Shown: positions 55,986 through 64,000 of the stretch, piece after piece | Position numbering within the stretch: position 1 is the stretch's first letter | Layout: every line of letters starts with the position of its first letter | NCBI GenBank assembly: GCA_038143085.1 | Contig: JAYQLG010000006.1 | Coordinates: 128,113-192,112, forward strand | Direction of reading: 5' to 3' | Length of the DNA stretch: 64,000 nucleotides | DNA from: Halieaceae bacterium | GTDB lineage: Bacteria; Pseudomonadota; Gammaproteobacteria; Pseudomonadales; Halieaceae | The notes under the pieces: model-generated | Seen by the model: only the letters and a program-made list of their open reading frames with translations | Told to the model about the DNA's origin: nothing | Databases searched by the model: none | Translations under genes and position numbers: made by a program

Positions 55986-57248
55986 GTGAATTTTTCGAAT
56001 TACGCCGAACATTACAGTAGCCAAAGCGGCATCGTCCAGCTAATGGAGGATTTGAGCATTTCTCCACCCGAGGGCGCCACACTCTATCCCCTCGGTGGGG
56101 GTAACCCGGCTCACATTCAGGAGGTCCAAGATGCGCTCAGAGAAAGCGCGGCAGAACTGATCGCCGATGCCAACCGATTCGCCAGAATGGTCGGAGACTA
56201 TGACGCGCCGCAAGGGCATGAAATCTTCCGGGCCTGCTTGGCTGATCAGCTCTCTTCGCTATTTGGTGCCAAGATCTCAGCCGATCACATCGCCATAACC
56301 AATGGAAGTCAGGCGAGTTTCGAAATTCTGTTCAATGCGTTTGCAGGCCAATTTAGCGACGGAAGCTGGAAGCAGATCGCCTTACCTATTGCCCCCGAGT
56401 ACGTGGGTTACAACGACATGTCGCGTCAGGATGGATCCATCCTCAAATCGACTGCAGCCAGGATCGATTTACTGCCAGACAGACAATTCAAATACGGCGT
56501 CGACCTGACGGAATTTTCCGTGAACTCCGAGACCACCGGTGCCGTTTGTCTATCACGACCCACCAATCCCTCGGGCAACGTGGTCTCTGATGATGAATTG
56601 TCTCAAGTCGCGTCGCGATGCAAAGCCGCTGGGGTTCCCCTCATTATCGACGGCGCATACGGCCTACCCTTTCCCGGTATGATTTATACCGAGGCGACCC
56701 CCTTCTGGGATGACAACACGATTCTCTGCCTCAGTCTGTCGAAGTTCGGGTTACCCGGCGTGCGGACAGGTATCGTCGTTGGACCACCCGAAGTAACCAA
56801 GCTCATCAGCAATGCCAATGCGATCAATGGGTTGGCACCCGCAAGAACCGGCCCTGAATTGGTCCTGCCTCTGCTCATGAGTGATCGCTTGTCTGACCTA
56901 TCCGAGCAGGTCATAAAACCGCACTACCTGCGAAAACAGCGCTTGGCGATTGAGGCAATGATGTCTGCGGCACACGATCTGCCGGTCAGAATTCATCAGC
57001 CCAATGGCGCTATGTTCCTTTGGACATGGTTTGAAAACCTACCGGGCGGAACAGACGAGCTCTATCGGAGAGCTGCCCGGGAAGGTGTAGTCACTGTCTC
57101 TGGTCGCCATTTTTTCCAAGGCTTGGACACCACGTGGCAGCACGCCAACGAGTGTCTCCGACTCAACTACGCCGGTGATGAGGGTACTGTCAGGCAGGGC
57201 ATCGAACGATTAGTGGCCGTCGCCCGACAGCAATACCTCGAGGCTTAG
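55986..57248 (+). CDS. avtA: Valine-pyruvate transaminase
   Basis: SGIVQLMEDL, LGGGNPA, SRPTNPSGNV, DGAYGLPFP, SLSKFGLPGVRTG. Confidence 0.88.
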   Translation: MNFSNYAEHYSSQSGIVQLMEDLSISPPEGATLYPLGGGNPAHIQEVQDALRESAAELIADANRFARMVGDYDAPQGHEIFRACLADQLSSLFGAKISADHIAITNGSQASFEILFNAFAGQFSDGSWKQIALPIAPEYVGYNDMSRQDGSILKSTAARIDLLPDRQFKYGVDLTEFSVNSETTGAVCLSRPTNPSGNVVSDDELSQVASRCKAAGVPLIIDGAYGLPFPGMIYTEATPFWDDNTILCLSLSKFGLPGVRTGIVVGPPEVTKLISNANAINGLAPARTGPELVLPLLMSDRLSDLSEQVIKPHYLRKQRLAIEAMMSAAHDLPVRIHQPNGAMFLWTWFENLPGGTDELYRRAAREGVVTVSGRHFFQGLDTTWQHANECLRLNYAGDEGTVRQGIERLVAVARQQYLEA

Positions 57249-57259
57249 ACAGTAGACGA

Positions 57260-58450
57260 TTACTGATCCAGCGACTGATAGTAATCCATCAGAATTTTTG
57301 CGACTTCAGGACGAGAGAATTCCGGAGGTGGCGCAATGCCCTGCCCCAGCATTTCCCTCACGGCGGTTCCTGAGAGCAGCACAAAGTCTTCTTTGGAGTG
57401 ATCAGGTGCATCCTTCATCATGACGACTCGATCAAGTTTCTTACTGTAGGCCGTGTGATCCGCCCGGTAGATATCGATTTCGAGTGCTCCCTCGGGTACG
57501 CGCTCATCAAAAATAGTCTGCGCATCGAATCCGCCGTAATAGTCGCCCACACCTGCATGGTCGCGACCTACAATAAGCTCAGTGCAGCCAGCGTTTTGTC
57601 TAAAGACAGCGTGCAGTACCGCTTCTCTGGGCCCAGCGTAGAGCATGTCAAAGCCATAGCCCGTTACCATGACGGTATTTTCAGGGAAGTAGTGGTCAAC
57701 CATGGTTCTGATCGAATCGTCACGTACATCGGCGGGAATATCGCCCGCCTTGAGCTTACCCAGAAGCATGTGAATTAGGATGCCATCCGCGTTCAGGTCA
57801 CTCATCGCCATGCGACAGAGTTCCTCGTGTGCGCGATGCATGGGATTACGGGTCTGGAACGCAACGACGCGTGTCCAACCACGCGACTCAATTTCCTCTC
57901 GAATTTCCATGGCTGTTCTAAACGTGCCAGGAAAGTCAGACTGGAAATAGGAGAAGTTCAGAACCTCAATGGGCCCTGAGAGCAAGACCTGACCCTGCCC
58001 ATTAAACGTGGCAACGCCGGGATGATTTGGATCATCTGTCCCGAAAACCTCACGCGTCATCAGCGCCATGTCATCATCCGACAGACATTCGATGCCGGTT
58101 ACATCCATAACCGCTATGACCGGAGCGCCATCGACGTTGGGGTCACGCAGCGCAATACGATCGCCTACGTTGCCATCAAAACGTTCCACCATATTGAGTA
58201 CAGGGACTGGCCAGAAGGTATCGTCGGTGGTTTTTAAATCGGTCGCCACACTCAATGCGTCGGCGCGATTCATGTAGCCCGTAAGTGGAGTGAAATAGCC
58301 GGCGCCCAACATAACGGCGTTAGCTGCCGCAGCAGACGACACCGTGATCGATGGCAGCGTTGATGACTCTGCTTCAAGGTCAGCCAAACGCTGGCCTGTT
58401 GCAATTAGAGGTGTCAGTGATGCCGCCCCGTGAGGTGTAATTAAACTCAT
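57260..58450 (-). CDS. sat: ATP sulfurylase, homo-oligomeric Sat type
   Basis: AFQTRNPMHRAH, YAGPREAVLHA, GRDHAG, LSGT, PPEFSRPEV. Confidence 0.95.
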   Translation of the reverse strand: MSLITPHGAASLTPLIATGQRLADLEAESSTLPSITVSSAAAANAVMLGAGYFTPLTGYMNRADALSVATDLKTTDDTFWPVPVLNMVERFDGNVGDRIALRDPNVDGAPVIAVMDVTGIECLSDDDMALMTREVFGTDDPNHPGVATFNGQGQVLLSGPIEVLNFSYFQSDFPGTFRTAMEIREEIESRGWTRVVAFQTRNPMHRAHEELCRMAMSDLNADGILIHMLLGKLKAGDIPADVRDDSIRTMVDHYFPENTVMVTGYGFDMLYAGPREAVLHAVFRQNAGCTELIVGRDHAGVGDYYGGFDAQTIFDERVPEGALEIDIYRADHTAYSKKLDRVVMMKDAPDHSKEDFVLLSGTAVREMLGQGIAPPPEFSRPEVAKILMDYYQSLDQ

Positions 58451-58465
58451 ATTCTTGATTCTCCG

Positions 58466-59086
58466 TTACTTTGCACTGATGAGGCCGCGCGCCTTGAGCA
58501 CGTCAATAATCTGTGCAACCTCTTCCTCTAGGCTTTGCTGGTCAGTGTGCAGGTGAATTTCAGGTGCTGAAGGCGCCTCATAGGGGTCATCAATACCGGT
58601 GAAATTCTTAATCTCCCCCGCTCGGGCTTTTTTGTAGAGCCCCTTTGGGTCTCGGGACTCCGCAGCTTCAAGACTGCAATCGACGAAGACCTCAATAAAT
58701 TCCATGCCAGCTTCTTCATGAACCTGGCGTACCAAGTCCCGATCTCGCACATAGGGAGAGATGAAGCTCGATAGTACTAACACTCCGGAGTCGACAAAGA
58801 GCTTCGAAATCTCGCCAACACGACGAATGTTTTCCGCGCGGTCCTCTTCGCTGAAACCGAGGTTCTTGTTAATACCAAAGCGCACGTTGTCGCCATCCAG
58901 TCGGTAGCACAGCACGCCCATGTCGTGTAGGACGCCCTCTAGCGCCACGGCAACCGTGCTCTTCCCGGAACCTGATAGTCCAGTGAACCACAATGTCGCG
59001 CCGCCATGCCCCAATAGATCACCCCGCTCCTTTCGCGTGATGTCGCCTTCGTGCCAATGAATATTGGTTGCTTTTTGCTCCGCCAT
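58466..59086 (-). CDS. cysC: Adenylyl-sulfate (APS) kinase
   Basis: WFTGLSGSGKST, LDGDNVR, ISPY, RDPKGLYKKA, FTGIDDPYE. Confidence 0.95.
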   Translation of the reverse strand: MAEQKATNIHWHEGDITRKERGDLLGHGGATLWFTGLSGSGKSTVAVALEGVLHDMGVLCYRLDGDNVRFGINKNLGFSEEDRAENIRRVGEISKLFVDSGVLVLSSFISPYVRDRDLVRQVHEEAGMEFIEVFVDCSLEAAESRDPKGLYKKARAGEIKNFTGIDDPYEAPSAPEIHLHTDQQSLEEEVAQIIDVLKARGLISAK

Positions 59087-59212
59087 AACCTTTCCCCTTA
59101 TTAGGCCCGAGACTGTATTCGATTTTATTTACTAAAAAAAATGGTTTAATTCGTTACTATTAATCGGTTTATTAGGTAGGTTTGAGCTCGAGTAAGGAGT
59201 AGGCGAGTAACT

Positions 59213-60097
59213 ATGCAATACACGTTAAAACAACTACGGGTCCTGCAGGCCATCGATGAGTTTGGATCGACAACGGCTGCCGGTCAGGCGCTCGCTTTGT
59301 CGCAATCAGCCATTAGCTCCTCACTACAACAACTCGAGGAAAACATTGGACAGCAGCTATTCGAGCGCATTGGTCGCAAGTTGGTACTGAACCGATTCGG
59401 TCAATCACTCTTACCCAATATCGCTTCGCTCCTTGATCAAGCGGTAGAACTTGATCAGCAGTTTCTAGGCAATGCTATGGGCGGCGTCATTGAAATCGGC
59501 GCGAGCTTTACGATTGCTAATCACGTCATCGTTGATCCTATGGTCGATTTTCAACAACAACACCCCAACGTCGAAATACGAATCACAAGTGATAACTCAC
59601 CCGGTATTACAGACCGACTTACTAGCGGTGAGCTGGACTTTGGGTTAATTGAATCCCCGGTGACAGATCCCTCCATCCTTTGCGCCCCGTGGCTCGAGGA
59701 CGAACTGGTCGTATTTGCAAGCCCAGACCATCCACTCGCGAAAAAAACCAAGTCATCAATGACAGATCTCGTAACCACACCTTGGGTACTGCGGGAGAGA
59801 GGCTCAGGTGCCAGAAACATGTTCAACGACACTTTTGCTACACATTTGAATGATATCGATATCGCCATGGAGTTTCGGCACAACGAACCCATAAAACGAG
59901 CCGTAGCGAGGACCGTTGGAATTGGCTGCCTGTCGCGACGTGTCGTAGAGAGAGAATTAGCCGACGCGACGCTCATCGAGATTAGCACCCCGCCTCCCGC
60001 GAGAATGGCGCGTCGCTTTTACCTGATACGACGGCACGCGACTCAGCTGCCGCCCGCTGCGCTGACGTTTTGGCAGCAGTGTCTAGCCATGCAATAG
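59213..60097 (+). CDS. LysR-family regulator (YeiE/FinR/CysL-like)
   Basis: YTLKQL...LSQSAIS...LFERIGRKL HTH; IGASFTIAN, GLIE, WVLRERGSGAR; divergent from cysC-sat. Confidence 0.85.
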   Translation: MQYTLKQLRVLQAIDEFGSTTAAGQALALSQSAISSSLQQLEENIGQQLFERIGRKLVLNRFGQSLLPNIASLLDQAVELDQQFLGNAMGGVIEIGASFTIANHVIVDPMVDFQQQHPNVEIRITSDNSPGITDRLTSGELDFGLIESPVTDPSILCAPWLEDELVVFASPDHPLAKKTKSSMTDLVTTPWVLRERGSGARNMFNDTFATHLNDIDIAMEFRHNEPIKRAVARTVGIGCLSRRVVERELADATLIEISTPPPARMARRFYLIRRHATQLPPAALTFWQQCLAMQ

Positions 60098-60143
60098 TCG
60101 CATTAGTATCATCGTCGACCCCACCAGCGAGCGAGAACCTCTC

Positions 60144-60752
60144 ATGCAGATTGCCATCATTGTTGGAAGCCATCGAAAAGACTCGCAGAGCGCGAAGGTA
60201 GCCCGCTTCCTGGCCAGTCAGCTAACGAGCCTTGGAGATCATAGCTGCTGGATTTGTGATCTTGGCAAAGATCCCTTGCCACTCTGGGACGAGGACATTG
60301 GCAGCGATGCGCCTCAATGGAGCGGTCTTAAGGCACTGACAAAAGAAATCGATGCGGCCGATGCCTTTATTATGATTGCGCCGGAGTGGCACGGGATGGT
60401 CCCCGCCGCTCTTAAGAACTTCTTTTTGGTCTGCGGCGGCGCATCCTTCGCCCATAAACCCGCGCTTCCAGTGGGAGTGTCCGTCGGACCCGGGGGGACA
60501 TACCCAATCAACGAGCTGCGCACGAGCAGCTACAAAAACAATCGCCTCTGTTACCTACCAGAGCACCTGATCGTGAGAAACTGCATGGTGGTCATGAATA
60601 AGGAAGAGTCAGAAAACGACGAAGGCGAGCATAGCTACATTTCGGAACGCAGCTTGTACTGCATGAAACAACTCATTGCCTATGCCGATGCACTAGCGCA
60701 GGTCCGTGCATCGGGAACCGCCGACTTAACGCCCTACCCAAACGGGATGTAA
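60144..60752 (+). CDS. NADPH-dependent FMN reductase (flavodoxin-like)
   Basis: GSHRKDSQS, APEWHGMVPAALKN, KP. Confidence 0.85.
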   Translation: MQIAIIVGSHRKDSQSAKVARFLASQLTSLGDHSCWICDLGKDPLPLWDEDIGSDAPQWSGLKALTKEIDAADAFIMIAPEWHGMVPAALKNFFLVCGGASFAHKPALPVGVSVGPGGTYPINELRTSSYKNNRLCYLPEHLIVRNCMVVMNKEESENDEGEHSYISERSLYCMKQLIAYADALAQVRASGTADLTPYPNGM

Positions 60753-60753
60753 A

Positions 60754-61221
60754 TTAGCCTAAACGACTGTAGGCGCCGCCGAAAAAGACGAGGGGGTCAC
60801 CCGAGTGACTTTCGAAGTCAACGACTTCACCCACGATAATGTGGTGATCTCCACCCGGATGAAGCGCCGATACCTTGCACGAGAGTGTGGCAAGCGCGCC
60901 CTGAATCAGGGGCACCCCATGCGAGTCCACAAAGCAATCACCCTCATCAACTCTGTGCTCTAGCGAGCGCGCGTAGCGGTTTGACAATTTTTCCTGAGAC
61001 TGCCGTAAAACGGATATCCCATACCGATCACACTCGGTGAATTCTTTAAAGCACTCAGACGTGTTCTGGATGCTCCAAAGTACCAGTGCAGGCTCTAGGG
61101 ATACCGCGGCAAAAGAATTAACCGTCATCCCAATCGCACCACGATCAGGATCGTTAGTGGTTAACACGCACACCCCAGTGGCGAACTGTCCCAGCGTATT
61201 TCGAAGCGCGCGTGTGTCCAA
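60754..61221 (-). CDS. Flavin reductase (HpaC/RutF-like split barrel)
   Basis: LRNTLGQFATGV, TVNSF.AVSLEP, GGDH. Probable TTG start at 61221 after AAAGGGG. Confidence 0.85.
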   Translation of the reverse strand: MDTRALRNTLGQFATGVCVLTTNDPDRGAIGMTVNSFAAVSLEPALVLWSIQNTSECFKEFTECDRYGISVLRQSQEKLSNRYARSLEHRVDEGDCFVDSHGVPLIQGALATLSCKVSALHPGGDHHIIVGEVVDFESHSGDPLVFFGGAYSRLG

Positions 61222-61504
61222 ACTGTACCCCTTTAACGATATTGCGAGACTACCACTAGCCGTCCACACTCGGCGCGTCCTTTTGGGGTAATCCCCATAT
61301 CGTCCGGATGAGCTAACAACAGACGCGACGCCTTGCGGAAGCAATGCGAACCAAATCCGCAGATCACAATGGTCGCGGAGCCTATCAGGTATACTGTTGG
61401 CTCGCTATGCGACCGGGTCAGGAACCCGAGAAGAAAATCTGGGAACAGCACTGAAAATTTAATGAAGAGACCTGGACCTAAGTGTATAGACAGGAGATCG
61501 CAGT

Positions 61505-62674
61505 ATGACCAACCCTTTGAGCAGCCTGAACCATGGCTTGAGTGAAGAGCTCAATATGCTGCGCGAGATGACGCGCCAGTTTGTTGAAAATGAGCTCGCT
61601 CCGATTGCCGATGCCGTCGACCGAGACAACGATTTTCCTCATCACATGTGGCAAAAAATGGGAGAGCTCGGTCTTCTGGGTATCACAGCCGATGAGCGTT
61701 ACGGCGGCTCCGACATGGGCTACCTGGCGCATATCATTGTGCTTGAGGAAATCAGCAGAGCATCGGCATCGGTCGGGTTGTCCTATGGTGCGCACTCCAA
61801 CCTCTGTCTCAATCAGATCCAGAGAAATGGATCGGAAAGTCAGAGAGAGAAATACCTACCTGATCTGTGCTCTGGCAAAAAAGTGGGCGCATTGGCCATG
61901 AGTGAGCCAAATGCAGGTTCGGACGTTGTCAGCATGAAGCTACGCGCAGACCTCAAAGGCGATCACTACGTACTCAATGGCAATAAAATGTGGATCACCA
62001 ACGGGCCTGACGCAGACACCTACGTGATTTACGCCAAAACAGCGCCTGACGCAGGCTCTCGTGGGATAACCGCATTCATCGTTGAGCGTGATTTCCCTGG
62101 CTTCACGCAAGGTAAGAAGCTCGACAAACTGGGTATGCGCGGCTCCAATACTGCGGAGCTCATATTCACGGACTGCCCGGTCCCCGTCGAAAACGTGCTC
62201 GGGGAAGTTAACTCCGGTGTCGCCGTACTCATGTCGGGGCTTGATTACGAGCGAGCTGTTCTGTCGGCCGGTCCCGTGGGCATTATGCAAGCCTGTCTGG
62301 ACGCCGTTGTTCCCTACGTCCATGAGCGAAAGCAGTTTGATCAACCCATTGGTGAGTTTCAGCTCATCCAAGGTAAGTTAGCTGACATGTACGCCTCGAC
62401 GGCGGCCTGCCGCGCCTATCTCTACGAGGTCGGTCGTGCGCTCGATCGTGGTGAGGACAGTCGCAAGGATGCTGCTGCAGTGATTCTCTACACTGCCGAG
62501 GCGGCAACTAAAGCCGCGCTGGATGCCATCCAGGTACTGGGAGGCAACGGCTACACCATGGATTACCCCACCGGACGTTTCCTTCGCGATGCCAAGCTCT
62601 ACGAAATCGGTGCCGGGACCTCAGAGGTTAGACGCATGCTGATTGGGCGAGAGATTTTCCAAGAGACGGCTTAG
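61505..62674 (+). CDS. ivd: Isovaleryl-CoA dehydrogenase
   Basis: [47 protein letters not shown]. Confidence 0.92.
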   Translation: MTNPLSSLNHGLSEELNMLREMTRQFVENELAPIADAVDRDNDFPHHMWQKMGELGLLGITADERYGGSDMGYLAHIIVLEEISRASASVGLSYGAHSNLCLNQIQRNGSESQREKYLPDLCSGKKVGALAMSEPNAGSDVVSMKLRADLKGDHYVLNGNKMWITNGPDADTYVIYAKTAPDAGSRGITAFIVERDFPGFTQGKKLDKLGMRGSNTAELIFTDCPVPVENVLGEVNSGVAVLMSGLDYERAVLSAGPVGIMQACLDAVVPYVHERKQFDQPIGEFQLIQGKLADMYASTAACRAYLYEVGRALDRGEDSRKDAAAVILYTAEAATKAALDAIQVLGGNGYTMDYPTGRFLRDAKLYEIGAGTSEVRRMLIGREIFQETA

Positions 62675-62747
62675 CTACCCTAGCCCCCACGATAGGGGGA
62701 TTGCTGCCCCGTCTCAGGCCCTCTACTCTTGGGCATATAGAGACCTT

Positions 62748-62781
62748 TTATCCGGGACACAGAGTTATCCGGGACACAGAG
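62748..62781. repeat. Perfect 17-bp tandem duplication upstream of gcdH
   Basis: TTATCCGGGACACAGAG x2. Confidence 0.92.
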
Positions 62782-62800
62782 AGCTAACTGGGGGAATACC

Positions 62801-63985
62801 ATGGGTGGCAACACTCGCTGGACCAAACTCAATTGGGAAGATCCATTTGAGTTGGACGCTGAACTCACAGACACGCAACGTATGGTGCAAGCATCGGCGC
62901 GAGAGTACGCGCAAGCAAAGCTTGCTCCGCGGGTGACTTCGGCCTTTGCGACGGAGCGTATGGACGCCGAAATCTTCCGCGAGATGGGTGAGGTTGGCTT
63001 ACTTGGATCTACCATCTCCGGCTACGGCTGCCCTGGCGTCGACTATGTCTGCTACGGACTGGTCGCGCGAGAAATAGAACGCGTTGATTCAGGCTACAGG
63101 TCCATGATGAGCGTCCAGTCATCCCTCGTCATGTATCCCATCTACGCTTACGGAACCGAGGCCCAACGAGAAAAGTACCTGCCTCGTCTCGCCACTGGCG
63201 AATTAATTGGCTGCTTTGGGCTGACCGAACCCGATCACGGCTCCGATCCCGGTGGCATGAAAACGCGCGCCAAGTCCGTGGATGGCGGGTATCGACTGAC
63301 TGGCTCCAAAATGTGGATTAGCAACAGTCCTATTGCCGACGTGTTTGTCGTTTGGGCAAAGACTGACGACGGCATCATCAGGGGCTTTATTCTGGAAAAA
63401 GGCATGGAAGGCCTAAGCGCACCTAAGATTGAGGGGAAGCTCGCACTTCGAGCCTCAATCACCGGTGAAATCGTCATGAACGATGTATTTGTGCCTGCTG
63501 AAAATCACCTCCCCAATGTCGAAGGGCTGAAGGGTCCGTTTGGGTGCCTTAACAATGCCCGTTACGGCATCGCTTGGGGTGCGCTGGGCGCCGCAGAGAC
63601 GTGCTGGCAAACGGCGCGGCAGTACACACTGGATCGGCAGCAATTTGATGTGCCGCTCGCGAGCAAGCAGTTAATACAACTCAAACTTGCCAACATGCAA
63701 ACTGAAATTGGTATTGGCCTGCAGGCCTGTCATCGGGCGGGTGTCCTGATGAGCGACGGTGCGATATCACCCGACCTAATCAGTCTGATTAAGCGAAATT
63801 CCTGTGGTAAAGCACTTCAAATTGCTCGGGATGCCAGAGATATGCTGGGTGGAAACGGTATTTCTGGCGATTTTCCCGTAATACGACACATGTTGAACCT
63901 GGAAGTTGTGAATACCTACGAGGGCACTCATGACGTTCATGCGTTAATATTGGGACGCAGCCAAACCGGCATATCCGCCTTCTAA
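62801..63985 (+). CDS. gcdH: Glutaryl-CoA dehydrogenase
   Basis: [42 protein letters not shown]. Confidence 0.93.
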   Translation: MGGNTRWTKLNWEDPFELDAELTDTQRMVQASAREYAQAKLAPRVTSAFATERMDAEIFREMGEVGLLGSTISGYGCPGVDYVCYGLVAREIERVDSGYRSMMSVQSSLVMYPIYAYGTEAQREKYLPRLATGELIGCFGLTEPDHGSDPGGMKTRAKSVDGGYRLTGSKMWISNSPIADVFVVWAKTDDGIIRGFILEKGMEGLSAPKIEGKLALRASITGEIVMNDVFVPAENHLPNVEGLKGPFGCLNNARYGIAWGALGAAETCWQTARQYTLDRQQFDVPLASKQLIQLKLANMQTEIGIGLQACHRAGVLMSDGAISPDLISLIKRNSCGKALQIARDARDMLGGNGISGDFPVIRHMLNLEVVNTYEGTHDVHALILGRSQTGISAF

Positions 63986-64000
63986 GGAGTTGTTGTGTCC

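Noticed and set aside
59129-59171. Specific LysR operator (two TTACTA...GGTTTA units) in the cysC-LysR gap
   Set aside because: The spacers differ (8 vs 6 nt) and the region is AT-rich, so a site cannot be pinned down from sequence alone.

Overview
A 64-kb stretch of core chromosome from a heterotrophic gammaproteobacterium. Gene content and order are compatible with a marine Cellvibrionales/OM60-NOR5-like lineage; this is inference, not proven. From the left it holds: the TCA block (partial sucC, lpdA, sucB, sucA, sdhBADC, divergent gltA); a frameshifted KAS III gene; hisC; phoRB with a Pho-box array; smc-zipA-ligA with an upstream NrdR-like box; a complete ccm operon led by ttcA; mdh; ybbPA/tesA; a K+ channel and ygiQ; and a TonB-dependent receptor. 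The right part holds: an oxyR / rubrerythrin-FeS oxidoreductase-DUF3501 locus; several hydrolases and oxidoreductases; a tpiA-thiolase-like-SDR-crotonase operon whose thiolase-like gene is frameshifted; avtA; a sat-cysC pair divergent from a YeiE/FinR-like LysR gene; two flavin reductases; ivd and gcdH. I recognised no rRNA, tRNA, CRISPR array, transposase or prophage. The best leads are: (i) a sulfur-oxidiser-type Sat paired with APS kinase under a putative sulfite-sensing LysR; (ii) a candidate NrdR box before smc-zipA-ligA; (iii) the OxyR-linked aerobic rubrerythrin module; (iv) a TPI translationally coupled to a Cys-less thiolase-fold gene; (v) recurrent short tandem duplications just upstream of start codons. 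Family assignments come from motif recognition by eye; no database searches were run.
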